In this document: positions 26,001-58,101 of the stretch, one piece after another
Numbering within the stretch: position 1 is the first letter of the stretch
Layout: each line of letters begins with the position of its first letter
Assembly: GCA_964187785.1 (NCBI GenBank)
Contig: OZ076409.1
Location: 28,088,001 to 28,152,000, forward strand
DNA: 64,000 nt
Direction: 5' to 3'
Source of the DNA: Amphiscolops sp. MND2022
Lineage: Eukaryota
Notes under the pieces: model-generated
The model's input: the letters and a program-made list of their open reading frames with translations, nothing else
Database searches by the model: none
What the model was told of the DNA's origin: nothing
Position numbers and translations under genes: made by a program

Positions 26001-27213
26001 GCCGGGAACGGCCCAAGTCGGCGCCATATCTAAGGCTCAAAAATAGCAAAAGGACTTCAATGTGTCAGGTATTCTCTTCTACAAAACCCACGTGAGAAAA
26101 AACTAGAAAAAAAAATTTTTTTTGAAATTTTTTTTGATTTTTTTTGGTCCTCGGTAAGTCGCATAGTGCCGACAAATGTAAAAGGGGGCATTTGGGAGTT
26201 TTTGAACATCCATTCTTTGGAAAAATGGGAAAAAAATGAAGGGGGACCCTCTGGAGACATTAAAAAAATTTGCGAAAAAAAGTCTCACAAAGCCGAAAAC
26301 AAACCTGCACAAAAAAATTTTGGTCATGGCGGGACTCGAACCCATGTCATTTTGCTTGTCAGACCTCGAAAAAGCCGTAGTGGCCAAGTGGCAGTGAAGT
26401 AGTGTGGCACAGTTTAGTGTTAGTGCCGGTTTAGTGCCAACTTATAAAATTTATAAAATCTGTTAGTTCGTTGAGTTCGTTGGTCTTAAAAAAAAAAGAA
26501 GTCACTACTATAGTCTGCGTTTTTCTTCGAAAAGCGCCGACTAAAAAGCGACAACTCATATCAAGTTTGCCAATAGGTTACAAATACCTAAATTTTACCT
26601 CAAAAACAACTTATAAGTAACTGCAATCAGAAATTCTAAAGTTACACTGATATTTACAATGAAATCTTGTTTCTATTTTATTATTTTTAACAAGTATTTA
26701 TCAATTATTTTAATTTTCTCTAATTATCTCATGAATTATTTGGAATAAATTTTCTGATATGAGTTTTGATTGATATGAGTTGTCGCTTGATATGAGTTGT
26801 CGCTTTTCCAAATTGATATGAGTTGTCGCCTGATATGAGTTGTCGCTTGATATGAGTTGTCGCCGTACGGATTTTCTGAGGTCGAATTAGTCGAGGTCAA
26901 AAAAACTATTGTGCATTAATGCAATGCTCAGAACGAACAGATATTTGAATCAACTCTCACCCCAAACAGTAATACAGAACATATTATCCCCCATTTTGGA
27001 AAATACATTAATAGAAAAGATGCTGATAAAGTTTTAATGCTCTAAACTTTTAAGGATTTAAAAAAATCAAACAAATGGCCAAGATACCTACTGACGATTA
27101 ATATGTTTTAGCGAATCGAACGTGACATATCGTCTGTGAAGGAAGAACCTAAATTGAGCGCCTCCCGAATCGTATGGAAACGAACTGAGAAGGAAACAGG
27201 CTGGGACTGCTAG
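7894..27213 (+). CDS. FRMD4A: FRMD4A/B / INAVA / CCDC120-family cytohesin-binding scaffold (CUPID domain), multi-exon, 5' end not resolved
   Basis: Spliced exons 15311-15519 + 15981-16325 give LRIKLEQLKEVCLQES|EITGKLPEEYPVSPGASPPPPRRRVGTAFQL, the CUPID (DUF3338) signature. Other phase-compatible exons: 7894-8355?, 8617-8756, 10860-10904, 12544-12702, 13927-14074, 14617-14691, 16645-16911, 19215-19456, 20444-20599, 21009-21241, 21509-21889, 22301-22442. Probable terminal exon 27112-27213; the linking exon was not found. Confidence 0.8.
8617..8756 (+). CDS. FRMD4-like exon (…RTFVAQNKDFSLALALTVME)
   Basis: cag acceptor, open frame, gttatt donor. Confidence 0.55.
11822..12470 (-). mobile_element. 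HINE/Helentron-like repeat with tRNA-like segment
   Basis: AACAAGCCGGGAACGGTCCAAGTCGG ... GCGCCGACTAAAAAA. Confidence 0.75.
12544..12702 (+). CDS. FRMD4-like exon (EEQLNSALTS...PLRSLQ)
   Basis: tttag acceptor, 53 codons, GC-rich island in AT-rich intron. Confidence 0.65.
12894..13844. mobile_element. TIR element (CCCAGGTTGA / TCAACCTGGG) with CATG-rich subterminal repeats
   Basis: Terminal inverted repeats plus internal short tandem repeats. Confidence 0.65.
13927..14074 (+). CDS. FRMD4-like exon (DVSAAELSNSELS...)
   Basis: Ser-rich open frame, tag acceptor. Confidence 0.7.
14617..14691 (+). CDS. FRMD4-like exon (75 nt, symmetric phase)
   Basis: tacag acceptor, gttggt donor. Confidence 0.7.
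15311..15519 (+). CDS. FRMD4A: FRMD4-like exon, CUPID N-half
   Basis: QRDSLLDKLRIKLEQLKEVCLQES coiled coil. Confidence 0.88.
15981..16325 (+). CDS. FRMD4A: FRMD4-like exon, CUPID C-half and coiled coil
   Basis: EITGKLPEEYP...RRRVGTAFQL; ttag acceptor, gtgagt donor. Confidence 0.92.
16645..16911 (+). CDS. FRMD4-like exon
   Basis: phase 0-0, continues the coiled coil (LRDMRLKLAQL). Confidence 0.85.
17041..18628 (+). mobile_element. pogo/Tigger DNA transposon, internally deleted
   Basis: TIRs CAGTAGAGTGTGGCTATAACG / CGTTATAGCCGCACTCCACTG, left TA; CENP-B-type HTH (KRKSLSLVDKYAII...GKSTISQVL) joined to a QPMDAGII DDE tail. Confidence 0.88.
18724..19152 (+). mobile_element. HINE/Helentron-like repeat
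   Basis: TTTAGTCGGCGC ... GCGCCGACTGATGCCGTTCCGGCTTGTT. Confidence 0.75.
19215..19456 (+). CDS. FRMD4-like exon
   Basis: phase 0-2 inside ORF 19218..19499. Confidence 0.8.
20013..20042 (+). repeat. (CT)n microsatellite
   Basis: Direct observation. Confidence 0.95.
20068..20143 (+). repeat. tRNA-derived segment (A box TGGTCTAGTGG, B box GTTCGAACCC) at the head of a repeat copy
   Basis: Pol III boxes are intact but the acceptor and anticodon stems pair poorly; continues into the AAGGGTCC repeat body. Confidence 0.65.
20444..20599 (+). CDS. FRMD4-like exon
   Basis: phase 2-2 inside ORF 20472..20699. Confidence 0.78.
21009..21241 (+). CDS. FRMD4-like exon
   Basis: phase 2-1; LRHNKSEEDLL. Confidence 0.82.
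21509..21889 (+). CDS. FRMD4-like exon (Ser/His-rich)
   Basis: phase 1-1, tttag acceptor, gtatgt donor. Confidence 0.82.
22301..22442 (+). CDS. FRMD4-like exon
   Basis: phase 1-2, ttccag acceptor, gtaagt donor. Confidence 0.8.
23291..23410 (+). mobile_element. tRNA-derived SINE fragment
   Basis: TGTGTAGTGGTTAAAGCG A-box-like, GGTTCAAATC B box, then a GAGCAAG-type SINE body. Confidence 0.5.
23570..24794. mobile_element. cluster of HINE/Helentron-like repeats in both orientations
   Basis: Same termini and AAAGGGTCCCC core units. Confidence 0.7.
25024..25423 (-). mobile_element. non-autonomous hAT derivative carrying a dimerisation-domain fragment
   Basis: VPSSASLERHFSTMG...RSRLG motif; CAGGGTTGG-type terminus at 25423. 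Confidence 0.8.
25891..26869. mobile_element. foldback/MULE-like element with tandem-repeat TIRs
   Basis: Inverted arrays of GCGACAACTCATATCAA; 9-bp TSD GATTTTCTG; contains a nested HINE-like insertion. Confidence 0.8.
25996..26547 (-). mobile_element. HINE/Helentron-like repeat nested in the foldback element
   Basis: Inserted into an A-run of the host repeat without a TSD. Confidence 0.8.
27112..27213 (+). CDS. probable terminal exon of the FRMD4-like gene (…WKRTEKETGWDC* if phase 0)
   Basis: ttttag acceptor, followed by 3'UTR-like sequence with AATAAA near 27879; reading phase uncertain. Confidence 0.45.
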   Translation, partial: RIERDISSVKEEPKLSASRIVWKRTEKETGWDC

Positions 27214-28102
27214 CTGTTCCTGTTAATTTTGATGTGCTGATCAAGTGTTCTGGGTGGTCAAGTCTTGTTTTTCTTCTCGCCACTTTATCCTCACTACAAT
27301 TGCCACTGAATTGAACTACAGTACTCTGCAGTAACTACTTCTGCTTACCATCGTTTCATGACTTCATAATGACATCATTCTCCTGCTGTTGAAGCTGCTC
27401 CTACTCCTCGTCTCTTCTTTCTCCATTTTGTGTCTTAATTTAATCAATTATCGGTTCATCACATTTCATTCGAATAGATTCGACAGAGCTACCTTATTTA
27501 TTTTAATACCTGTATTTTTTTATTAAACACAAACACATCAATCAGAAATCAAATCCACTGCCACCGCCGCCTCAACTTTTCAGTTTTTTTTTCATTTTCC
27601 CAAGTCCTGCTCAAATTTAGCAATAACTCATCCAGTAACAGTCTCAATGATAGTTTTGGGCAATGAATCGATTTGTGTGATTAATTTTTTAATCAGCAAT
27701 CCTAACATGAAATGTTATGAAATTACGTGTTTTAGCAAGGTTTTGATGCAGTGATATTTAATGCATCTTGGAGAGCCGAAGGATTCTTTTACGGGAAAGA
27801 AATTTATTTTCAGTTGCGCTTTAGTTTAATTTCAGTCAGCGCGAGTTGAGTTTAATTTTTCCTCAAAATGCGACAGGGAATAAAAGTTGTCTATCTGTCG
27901 TCGTTACTTATCATTGGTAAAAAATCTCTTCATGGCGCCCGAAATTAGAATATTCGATGATTACGACTAAATGCTGTATGTGTGCGGTTATTTCAGACTA
28001 GCTATTGCGACTTCTTGTCGTCTAAAGGTCGCTCTCACGAACTTTACATAAAAATGCCGTGGATTGGCGTCACGAAAAGTAGGATGGTCCGCGTGCAAAA
28101 AT

Positions 28103-31100
28103 TTAAGTGGTTTCCTGCCGTGGGCATTCGAGGACATTTAGCTGATGCGGTTGCTGCAAAATAAACAAAGTGATTGCAATTATGTAAATTATGTGTAAAC
28201 ATACCATCACTGCTCTGGATACGCTGGATATGCAGAACGAGAATCGGTGGCTGGCAAATTTTTCACTAGCCAGGTGGGATTTCTGAACAGTCGTTGAGAG
28301 ACGGCAATTATTTGTGATACTTACCAACATGTATGTAAAATATTGATATTGCAGTCGACTGCAATCGTAGTTAGCCGCGTAACACAAATACTCCTGATTC
28401 GCTTGTGTCAAGACACCTAGAATGTTATCCCTCCTTTGATATTGTGATAAATCATGAAAATAAATTCATCCTGAAGGTCTTCTAATTCATTACATTTTCC
28501 TCTAAAATGCACTTCGCAACGTACTTTAAATTATGAAAACGTCAGTTGCGTCGAAAAATTGCAATTCTGACGTTTTCGTTACGATTTTTGTGACTGTTGG
28601 GAGGAGGAAAAGATTAAAAGTAATTTGTGTTACGTTGTGAATAAGCCGTGGTGACTTGGTGACTTAACAAACACCATATTAGGAGAGGGAGGATTTGAAT
28701 TTGAGTTAATGCCCTAGTCATTTTCATGTGGCCATCCTCTGCTTTGTAATTTATCATTCATTTCCTCCGAAAGTCCTCAATCTCAATTCCATTAATAACC
28801 TCACTTTGCACGACGTTCAGCTTCCTTCGCGCAACATCGGGCAAAAAGCAAGCCATCCCAACTACTTGGACGTCATATACAACTTCACCGTCAGGGGTAC
28901 TTGAAAATACGCTGAACGTTGTCTGCTGGAGTGAAGTTGCTTACTACTTTTGTTGAAGTTTAAAAATTCTTTTGTATACAAAGAGCATAGAGATGTTTTC
29001 GGTGATTTGTTGCCATTTATTACATAAGTAGTTTCCACCTTTTGTTTTAGCAGTAGTAGATAAACACGACCTTAATTCATCTATTTATAAAACAATCTTT
29101 TTTCTCTGACTTCGTTGACCTTTTTCCCATCTCCTCAATACCTGCATCCATATGAAATAAAACGAGACTATAGTGACTTTCCGTCGTGTTTTGTTTCAAT
29201 CCGGTCGGAAGTGACCATTTCATGCCGAATGCCAAAATATCCAACATCTACAAATTGGTAAATTAGTCGAAAGGGTCTTGGGTTTTTTGATATTTTTGAA
29301 AATTGAAGAGTTCTCGCTTTGGTTTTATGGTTTCTGGTGCAGAAAAGCTTTGGATTTTTGATGTTTCTGGTGAGAATAGAAGAAAAAAAATCATTTTAAA
29401 CCCAAAGGGTCCTTTTTTTCGGTACTGTGAAATTGAGAATTTATTCAAAAGAGAATCCTAGACGCTTTGAAGTAGTTTTGCTCTTTTTGAGCCTTAAACG
29501 GTGTGCCTACTAATGCCGTTTCCGGCTTGTTTAAATGGTATACCATCCGGATTTTCAGGTACGAAAACTGAAATTTTACAGATGGGGTGTGCGGCGACAG
29601 GGGCCCAATTAAGCAAAATGAAAGCCCAGTATCAGACCTTTAAAACGCGCTATAGTTAATTTGTCTGATATGCGTCGTTGTGGAGATATTAACAACTGAA
29701 AGTTTTTAATCAAATTTTTCGAAAAAAAATGGTTTAACGACAGCGGAGAAACAAGCCACCGCTCATCGAAATTCACTTCACAATAAATGGAACTAAAGTA
29801 GATTTCTGATTATTTCGCAGAAAAGTTAAAATCTGTAACTGACAGCGAAAAATTATCAATCGCGTCAGATTTTATTCAAGAGCAAGAGCGGTTTGAAGAG
29901 AAGTCATAGCAAGTTGAACCCTTAAATTGAGCAGCTATTGAAAGCAGCATAAATGAACATGTTCATAAAACACGTTTATGAACTTTGATCTAAAGTTCAT
30001 TATTGTAAACTGGTGAATGATGAAGAATCAAGCTGTAGTCTTGGGCTATGTAATATTGCCCGTTGACAAAAGCGCCTCAAATCGCCTAAAAATCGAAACA
30101 CGAGTCTCGGCAATTGTAGAACTGCTTGTAGCTAGGTTTAGATATTAGTGTCACCACAGGGCCGAAGTTATCACGTAACGAACAACATAACATGGCTAGT
30201 CAATTGAGGAAGAGGTTTGTTTTTAGTGTTACGAACGTCAACTGCTATTTGTATTACAGGTATATGTAAAACAATCACCGTAAAAGTTCAATTGTAAAGG
30301 GGCTTATCTTGCAACTTCTGAGGATTCCGATCTTTGCTAGAACCGATTCCAGCAGAAAAAAAATAGCCCCCGTCGTTCAAGGATAAAATAACGTTTTTAC
30401 CCAACTGGAAACAAAAACTTTTTTCGCGGAAAAGCAGTCTCAATGCCGAAAAAGTTTTAAGCTCGCAAAACGATTTTTTATGCTGAATACATTTATGTAA
30501 GTAACGGAGGTACACTTAGACCAAATTAAAAATTTTTCCTCATAGCGCCGTAGGTCTTTACCACAATCATTGAGAAACTCTCAGTTTCCCATGACCAAAA
30601 AAATAAATTATGGGGTCAACCCTAAGGACTCGAAAAGGGTCTTCTTTACAGAAAACTTCAAATCACAAAATTGTGTGGAAAATTTTTTTCAAATTAAAAA
30701 AACCTTCGGTAAGACACATTGTGCCGAAAATACCTAAGTTGGCCCTCTATGCTTGCAAAACGCTTTGTTTCCACTAAAAAGTTATATCGTCCCAACGCCT
30801 TTCCGGCTTTGCACCCTGTAAGGCAGAAATTGGGGTTTAGAAATTTCGGATTTTGCGCTTTTTCTTGCCAGGCGGAATATTTGGTTGATATACTAGCTAA
30901 TGCCGAGGGGTTTAGTTATTCAAATTGAACTATACTAGTTGCACTTACTCTTCTATCATTTTTTCGTCAGCTAAAATAAACAAATAGGCCGCGCTTGTTT
31001 TTTAGTCGGCGCTTCATGAAGTGAAACGCGACTATTATAGTGACTCTTTTTTTTCTTTTCAATCCACACGAACTGACCAAAATAGTTCTTAAAAGTTCTA

Positions 31101-34100
31101 CAAAATATTATTGCACCAAAATGCACCATTTGGCCTAGCGAACTGAATCAAAAAGGTTGTTCCGCGTAACATACCATACCGGACGAGACCAAAGGGTCCA
31201 CCCTTTCAATTTTTTCGGCACTGCGAGACTTTTTCGGAATTTTTTTTCTCCAAAGGGTCCCCCTTCAATTTTTTTTGCTGTTTTGCGACAGAATGGATGT
31301 TGAAAAATCCCAAAGGGTCCCCCTTTCATTTTTTTGGCACTGCGAGACTTTTCCGAAAATAAAAATTTTCCCCCTTCAATTTTTTGATGTTTTGCGACAT
31401 AATGGATGTTGAAAAACCCCAAAGGGTCCCCCTTTCAGTTTTTCGGCATTGTGAGACTTTTTTATAAAAAATTTTCTCCGAAGGGTCCCCCTTCAATTTC
31501 TTTGATATTTTACAACAGATTGGGTGTTTAAAAATCCCAAAGGGCCCCCCTTTCAGTTTTTCGGCATTGAGACTTTTTTTTCGAAATTTTTTTTCTCCAA
31601 AGGGCCTGCCCTTCAACTGCGACAAAAATCTTGACAATTTCGGAAGTGTCCCCCTTTTAGCGCGCCGCTCGGTCCATTTTTTTGGGTATTCGATTTTCGT
31701 GTACTGTAAATTGACACTTGGAAGTCCTTTTGCTATTTTTGAGCCTTGGATATGGCGCCAACTTGGGCCGGTCCCGGCTTGTTTCAGATTTCTATTGAAC
31801 TGTTTCCTCACCAATTCTTGGCGGTGAGGCAGCGCTTTTATTGATTATTCCTACGCCGAGAATTTTGCCTCACTGCAAATACGAATTTGAAACGTCCTAT
31901 ACGCTGAGTGGTAGTTTCTTTTGTGCAAGTAACAAACCTCATAGTCCGAGAAGAATCGAAGGTGCAAACTGCGCGCAATAAAGTGAATTACAAAGTGGAG
32001 TGTATAGTTATTTCAAATAAATTTTGATTTTGAACTTCGAAGTTAATGGTCATTGTAGGCTAAAGCAGAAACAATACTGTGCCCCGCGAAGTCCTATTTT
32101 TGGATATGAGTTTAATAATATAAATCAGATTTAACATAGATTTTTGCCCCTCGCTTTGCGCCCTTTTTGCCGGGAGGTTGTCATACGATACAGTCTGACT
32201 TGATGCTGTAACTATTGACTGACTCTCGAGAAACAGGCTGTGTTGATTTTTTAAAATTTAACTAATCAACGTTCTATCAGTCCGCGCATTATGAAATGAG
32301 CTGGGACCGGTCCACGTCGACGCCCCGCTCAAGTTTCAAAATATGTTTCTTTGTAAAAGACACTATTTTTCAACTTTTATCAGTTTCTTAGTGTTTGGAA
32401 AACAACCTTTTCCTCAACTGGAAACAAAACTTTTTTGACGACAGCCGCATGTGCGGTAAAGGAGTCGGAAATGGATTAAAATATCAAAAAACAATACGTA
32501 TTTGGTCGCAGGATTATCTTCAGCATTTTTGGACTAATTTTGTCTGTTTCTCAAATTCTAGTCTTATGATTTTGATGTCTTTGCATGCATAGGACCTTAT
32601 TATGGTGTAGAATGACAAAAAATTCGTCCGAATTGTATGGACAGTTTGAGAAAATCGGAAAAATTCAAAAATGTCTGTTGCTCAGATCCGAGTCATACTT
32701 TGATGCCATTTCGTACACAGAAGCACCGTGTGTAGAATTCAAAATTTTATAAAACTATGGACAGTTTTTCAGAAATTCGAAATTTCCATTGAAATGTGCG
32801 AAAAAAGGTACGAGTGCGTTTGTAGTCGGAACTTTTTTAGTCTCCTAAAATTCCTTGTCGGGTTTTGTCGGGAACAAGTCTCATTGTGCCGGAAAAGAGC
32901 CGAAGACTTTTTTGAAAATGAAAGGGGTAGACTTTGACCGAACAAACGTTTTTCGAAATCGCAAAAAAACACGAGTTGAAATAACGTGAATTATAACCGA
33001 AAAAACTGAATGGGAATTCGCGTACAACCGTTTTACGCAATATACCCTCACTGTACTATTTTTTGACTCTTTCGCGGAGATAGAACTAAAAATGTTTTCT
33101 GACATTTATCGACTTTTCCTGGAAAATTTTTCAAGGTTCCAGATGTGCAGTTTTTGTGTTGCTCGATTTTCTCTAATCGTATGGAAGCGGTAAGCGTCCA
33201 AAAGGCTTCACTTCTGGGCTTTTCTTCGAAGCGGAAAATTTGTCAAGAAAAACCTACTTAGCTAATTTGAAGGACTCAAGCTTAACGCTTTCAAGCTTTA
33301 GGAGGAGCGCTGACTTGGGCATTTCCTTGTTTTGAAAGAACATTCAAAACGTTGAAAGGGACTGTAGTTTCCAGTTGAATCAAAATTCCGTATTTTTTGT
33401 CTTCAAAACTGATAAAATCGAATGTTCCATAAATTTCCATAAATTCCATAAATTTCAATGAACAAAGTCCGGTATTTCTTCATGAACAGATTATGGCTGA
33501 TTTCATTAGCTTTTTAATCGCCGCGTCTAGTTACCTTTTTAAAACAAAAACATCATTGGCCGGATAACGCGGGGTGGAGGCTGGAAAATTCTGTTTTTCT
33601 GAAACAATGTCTCTACCCACAACAAGCAACATTACCATATATACAACCAAGTGGCGAAAGTTCGTCGGCTTGAAGATGTGATTTCGAAGTGAAGTGACTC
33701 ACTCAAGGTCACGTCACATGAACCTGACTGCTTGCCATTGCTCTTCTAGGATTTTTGTCAAATGGTTTTTTGTCTCAACTATTTCAATGATCGAACCCCA
33801 AAATAGTTATTTGCGGAAGATAAATTTTCCCAATTGAGAATTAATTCTCTAACCCCTACCCAATGATCCACAAAAACTAAATGTTTAGCTATTTTCGGAA
33901 CGTTCGGACTGCATACTGTTGCCTATTTCACATATGCTTTTTGAGCAAAGACCATTCTAAAGATGCCTAGATTACGCAAGCATTTGAAATATCTGCAATA
34001 TTTCGCCAAGTTAACGCAGCCTGAAATTGCAAAAACTTAGTCTCCTGTGGTCGATCTCAACGACTGATCTCCCGCAAACGAACGCCTTCCTGCAAATAAA

Positions 34101-34595
34101 TTTGATGTTGGCCATGTTCGAGTCTTTAGCCAATAAGCTTCGTGCTCTAACAAGTACGTCGGTCAACTCACTTTTAGTTCGGCATGTTTTAACCTAGAAC
34201 GTTTGGTATAACTATTCTAGTCACTTCTGTTGTGTTGAGAAACAAAAAAACCGACGAAAAGCTACTACGAAAGCTGTTAATAGTATATATAGTGCCGAAC
34301 ACAAATGATAACGGAAGGCTTGATACTTTACAAAACCCGAACATGACGGATAACCAATTCGATACACTTGAATTCCAAAAAATTTAGCATGATGATGATG
34401 TCAAGGTTTATTCATAATCACTGCTTGTGGTAAAATTTTAATCTGTGTGGATTCTTTAGTTCTGTAGTTTTAACTAGATTTCAATAACAATTGATCATTT
34501 TTATCGCTCTACCCAGACGCTGCATCTGCTGAGTGTGCAAGATGTTAGTTGCAGAATTTTTCTGTCTATGAGGTTGCAGCAGTCCCAAAAAGGTG
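28103..34595 (-). CDS. putative uncharacterised multi-exon gene (partial model)
   Basis: Clean terminal exons 28325-28416, 28205-28282, 28103-28153 with gtaagt..ttcag and gtatgt..ttttgcag introns. Candidate exons 28800-28925, 33976-34020, 34080-34193, 34513-34595. I could not join these into one model and recognised no domain. Confidence 0.45.
29160..29532 (+). mobile_element. partial HINE-like repeat
   Basis: Similar to 18724-19152; ends CCGGCTTGTT. Confidence 0.6.
30997..31783 (+). mobile_element. HINE/Helentron-like repeat with internal tandem units
   Basis: TTTTTTTAGTCGGCGC start; repeated AAAGGGTCCCCC units; end GGGCCGGTCCCGGCTTGTT. Confidence 0.8.
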
Positions 34596-34993
34596 CTATT
34601 TTGGAGCTTTCAACCTATTTGAGTAATCCCTTAAAGAACTAAAATTGAGAAGGCTATTGTCCTGAATAAGTTCAAACTGAAGTTTGCTATAAAAACGGAA
34701 TACGAAGAAAATGATACTCTTGGTTGATCTCATTGTAAGAGATAAGAGAAAGAAATATGGCACTGGATAGCTGCTATATACTACTTGGTTGAGCGAAATG
34801 TCGGAAAGGGCTGAATTAATTTGCAATAAATAGATGTTCAGCTTTTTTCAGCGATATGTGGCGTCAAACAGTTCTCTTCTCGAGGCATCCCTCATTTTCC
34901 ATGTAAGGCAAGTAACGTGACACTTATCTCCAAATAAGGAAAATGAATTTCATGTCCATAAAAGGCAAGAAGCATTTGGGTTGTTGGTTCGTG

Positions 34994-54846
<19,853 letters not shown>

Positions 54847-56481
54847 TCGTCGTTTGTGCGCGGCCTCATTAAGTACACACCATTTGAGGGCGGCGGTTAA
54901 AATGGTGAGATGGTCAGCTCAAATATTATGCAATCGGTCATTAACGCTTCTGTGAGATAGGTCCTTCCAACACAGCTGTTGAAACTGCGGCTCAAACTAT
55001 CCCGTATTTATAACATCACACCCAGTCAGCGGATTACGTAATAAGTACTGTTTTCGACTTAGTTTGGAAAGGTAACTAGGCTCTTGGTTGCTTCAGATGG
55101 CTTTCCGGTTTTGTTGAGCTTTTCTCTCGTATAACTTCAAAACTTTTTAAAAATTCTTGAGAAAATCAAAAGATTTGACGTTTATGAATAACTGTTCACA
55201 GTTTGTAAGGTTTGATAGAGAAAGTTTGCTCAACAAAAATCATTCACCACTTTACTTGGAATAATAAAACGGCGGCACAAGAATACTGATCAAATTAGAT
55301 CCTGAATACTTCAATACTAAATTACAATAAGTTTTCACACTTTTACATCTTTTCTGCAATGAATCACATAATGGAATGAGAAGTATCAGAAGTTCGAAAA
55401 ACACAAATGAGTCATTGCAGCCTAGTGGAAGCACTTTTCAATGCATCTTCACATCTTGAATGAGATGTGATATATTTCATGTAATCAATATATCATGTCG
55501 AAATATAATAATTGATCAATTTTAAAACTGTCGGAAATTTTGAAGATCAATTTTAAAACTGTGAAGAAACAAAAGATTATTATTTTAGTGCATTCAACTA
55601 TTTTTTTGCGTAGAATCATGAGATATTTTTTCGACTGTTTAGATTTTCATCATTTCAGGAATAATTCACGTCACACTTTATTCGTATTATTTTTTATCCG
55701 CGACAAGGTTCTGAGTGCAAAAAATTTGTGACGATACTTCCAAAATGAACTCAAACTCAAAGAACATCCAGACTGGAAAATCAGTAAATCATTAAATATT
55801 CCCATTTCAGCCAGCTGTTGTTGCTGTTGTTCCTGTTGTTGTGGATACTCAGCTTTCGCTGATGGGATGTCTCCCATTTTCTATGTAACATCTTTCTAAC
55901 AAGTCCATAGTAACACATTGAAGGTTTGTCATAACCCGTAATCATAGCCGCGAATAGCTAGCTATACCCTCCAGCGTTAATATTTTTCCACACTTAGGAA
56001 CGGTTACTCAATTGTTGTCTTACTGATACAGAAAAGACAAATTGTCGGAAAAAACAATTTCATCTTTGTTTACTTGCTCGACGAGAGTTCGAGAGATCTT
56101 CACAACAAAATGGCAAATGTAATGCGACTGAGGATATTTTTTGTCCCCCACCACCATTTTTTTGGATAGTTAATGAAAATATTATATCAAAAAAACTTGA
56201 ATACACCTCGAAAATCTTCAATTTTGAATTTATTTCCTGGGTGACAGTTTAGAATTGAGATACAAACTTTGTTCACACTATTTGTGTCTTTGAAGTCACG
56301 CATTCTTGCTGAAGAAATTAACAGATTTCTATTTTGAGTCTCAAAAAGCAGTGAATACTAACATAATTACAGTCAAAATGTGTGAAAAATATTTTGTTCA
56401 GACTACAATTATTCTAATAGACTTCCTGTAATGAAAAAGGTTTTCCTTTTAATTAGTCTAGTCTGAAGTTTTAAAGGAAAT

Positions 56482-58101
56482 TGAAAGAAATTAGATTCAG
56501 GAGATTGAGATAGTTTTACTTCTAATTGGAAGCTTAACAGAAAAAAGGTTGTTTTAGTGAGTTAGCCTTTTCTTTTGTAGTTACTGACAATTACCTCCAG
56601 TTGTTGCTTTTTCGGCTCACAACTATCAACTCGCGAGAAATCATCTTGCAAAATTGCAATTGAATATGAAGATGATTGCAGTTGAATGTATACACGTAAT
56701 ACTATCTACAATTTCCAGGGAGAGTACACGACCACAATCGAATCCGCGACTCAGCCATGTACGTTAGGCGCAGTTCAATCTTGTCAAAGCTCCGACTTCA
56801 ACCAAATCGCAATACCCGGACTTGTTAGCAAATCTACTATGAGCTAGCGACAACACAATCTTCTAGAACAGTATGTTGCCTCCGCGAGACTCAACATTCG
56901 TCTAGCTCTCCTACTCGGGGGTCTCTTTAATTTTCTTTCGATCCTGCCTCAATTGTGTTTATTCATCACCCGCGTTTTTGGTGACCTCATCTTAACATTC
57001 TATCATACTTGACGTTCACAATACTGGGCGTCGGCATCTGAAGTTTGCATGCCTTTACCTTCATGTGTACCTATTCCTTTATGGCGTAACGAACACCACT
57101 TGTTATACTTCGCTAAGCGTTCATTACCGTCAACGACAAAGAAATCATCATCTTGTCCGATCTCCACATTCTCTCATAATTCAAGTAGCCCAAGATAATT
57201 CTAATGTCGCGAGATTTTCTCAAAGACCTTCAATTATATGGTTTACTAGTTTGCTACAAGTGAGAGATACTTTTCCGTCATTCTAAGTGCAGTGCATCGC
57301 GGATCTTTTCGCCTGACTGAAATGCGAAAAAATATTGTGCAAAAACATTGATTTTAAGGTACCTTTTCCAATCTTTTCAGGGGTGACCCCTGCGACGACC
57401 TTGAGGTTCATCCGTGATATTGAAGTTTTTTGTACTCATCCAAAGTTGCTACATGCCAAGTTATGTGATCTAGGGTCAATGGTTCTCGCGTTACGTGAAG
57501 TGCGTATGGTTTGTTTACTTAGAGCGGTTATCGCGCATGTGTTACAAATAAAGGTTCCTCCGCTGTAGTAATCGACTACACTCGTTATTGTGGTTCGTTT
57601 AAGGTAATACAATCCAAGGTCGAATGTCTTTTATTGGACGGGCCCGCGTGCCTTAAACAAGCAATGCTCAGCTCGTCATGGGCGGTTTAATGTATGTTTC
57701 ATGTACTTAGGGTTGATTGATGAACATCCTAAGCAAGTTTCATGATTTCATGATACGCAGGTCAAAGGATGGTGATTTACATAACCTTCGGTGTTTATTT
57801 ACATAGTGTCCGTGCACTTCCGCGCGTCGTAGGATACCGATAATTTTCGCGAACGGCCTTATATCCTATGTCCTATCAATTCCATATATAATATGGCTAA
57901 TTGTCTGCTTCCCTGACGTTTTCGTTAGGGGGTCGACCTACCTCACTTTCGGTGCTAATAGCTGGGGGTCTAGGCCGCCTTTTCAGCTGCTTTTAGTAAT
58001 CTGGTGGTCTAAAAAGACAATGAACATTGTTCCGTCTAAGTTCCGGGCTTCGCGCAATATCATGGGCTTTCCATAGACACCAAAAGTCTAAAAATTATAC
58101 A
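56482..58101 (-). mobile_element. solo LTR related to the 37353-39001 LTR
   Basis: Reverse-complement similarity along its length, TG/CA ends, 5-bp TSD GAAAT (56477-56481 / 58102-58106). Confidence 0.85.

Noticed and set aside
25897..26865. Short regularly repeated 17-mers resembling a CRISPR array
   Set aside because: The repeats are head-to-tail without unique spacers, are inverted at the two ends and are bounded by a TSD. The context is eukaryotic and there are no cas genes.
31135..31827. K/F/G-rich ORFs up to 162 aa (also at 340-794, 23853-24407, 26057-26402)
   Set aside because: Translations of the non-coding HINE-like repeat
55671..55877. Q-rich ORF as a possible extra first coding exon of PLK
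   Set aside because: Only a weak GAG acceptor would link it in frame to exon 1, and exon 1 already has its own ATG with upstream in-frame stops. Unsupported without transcripts.
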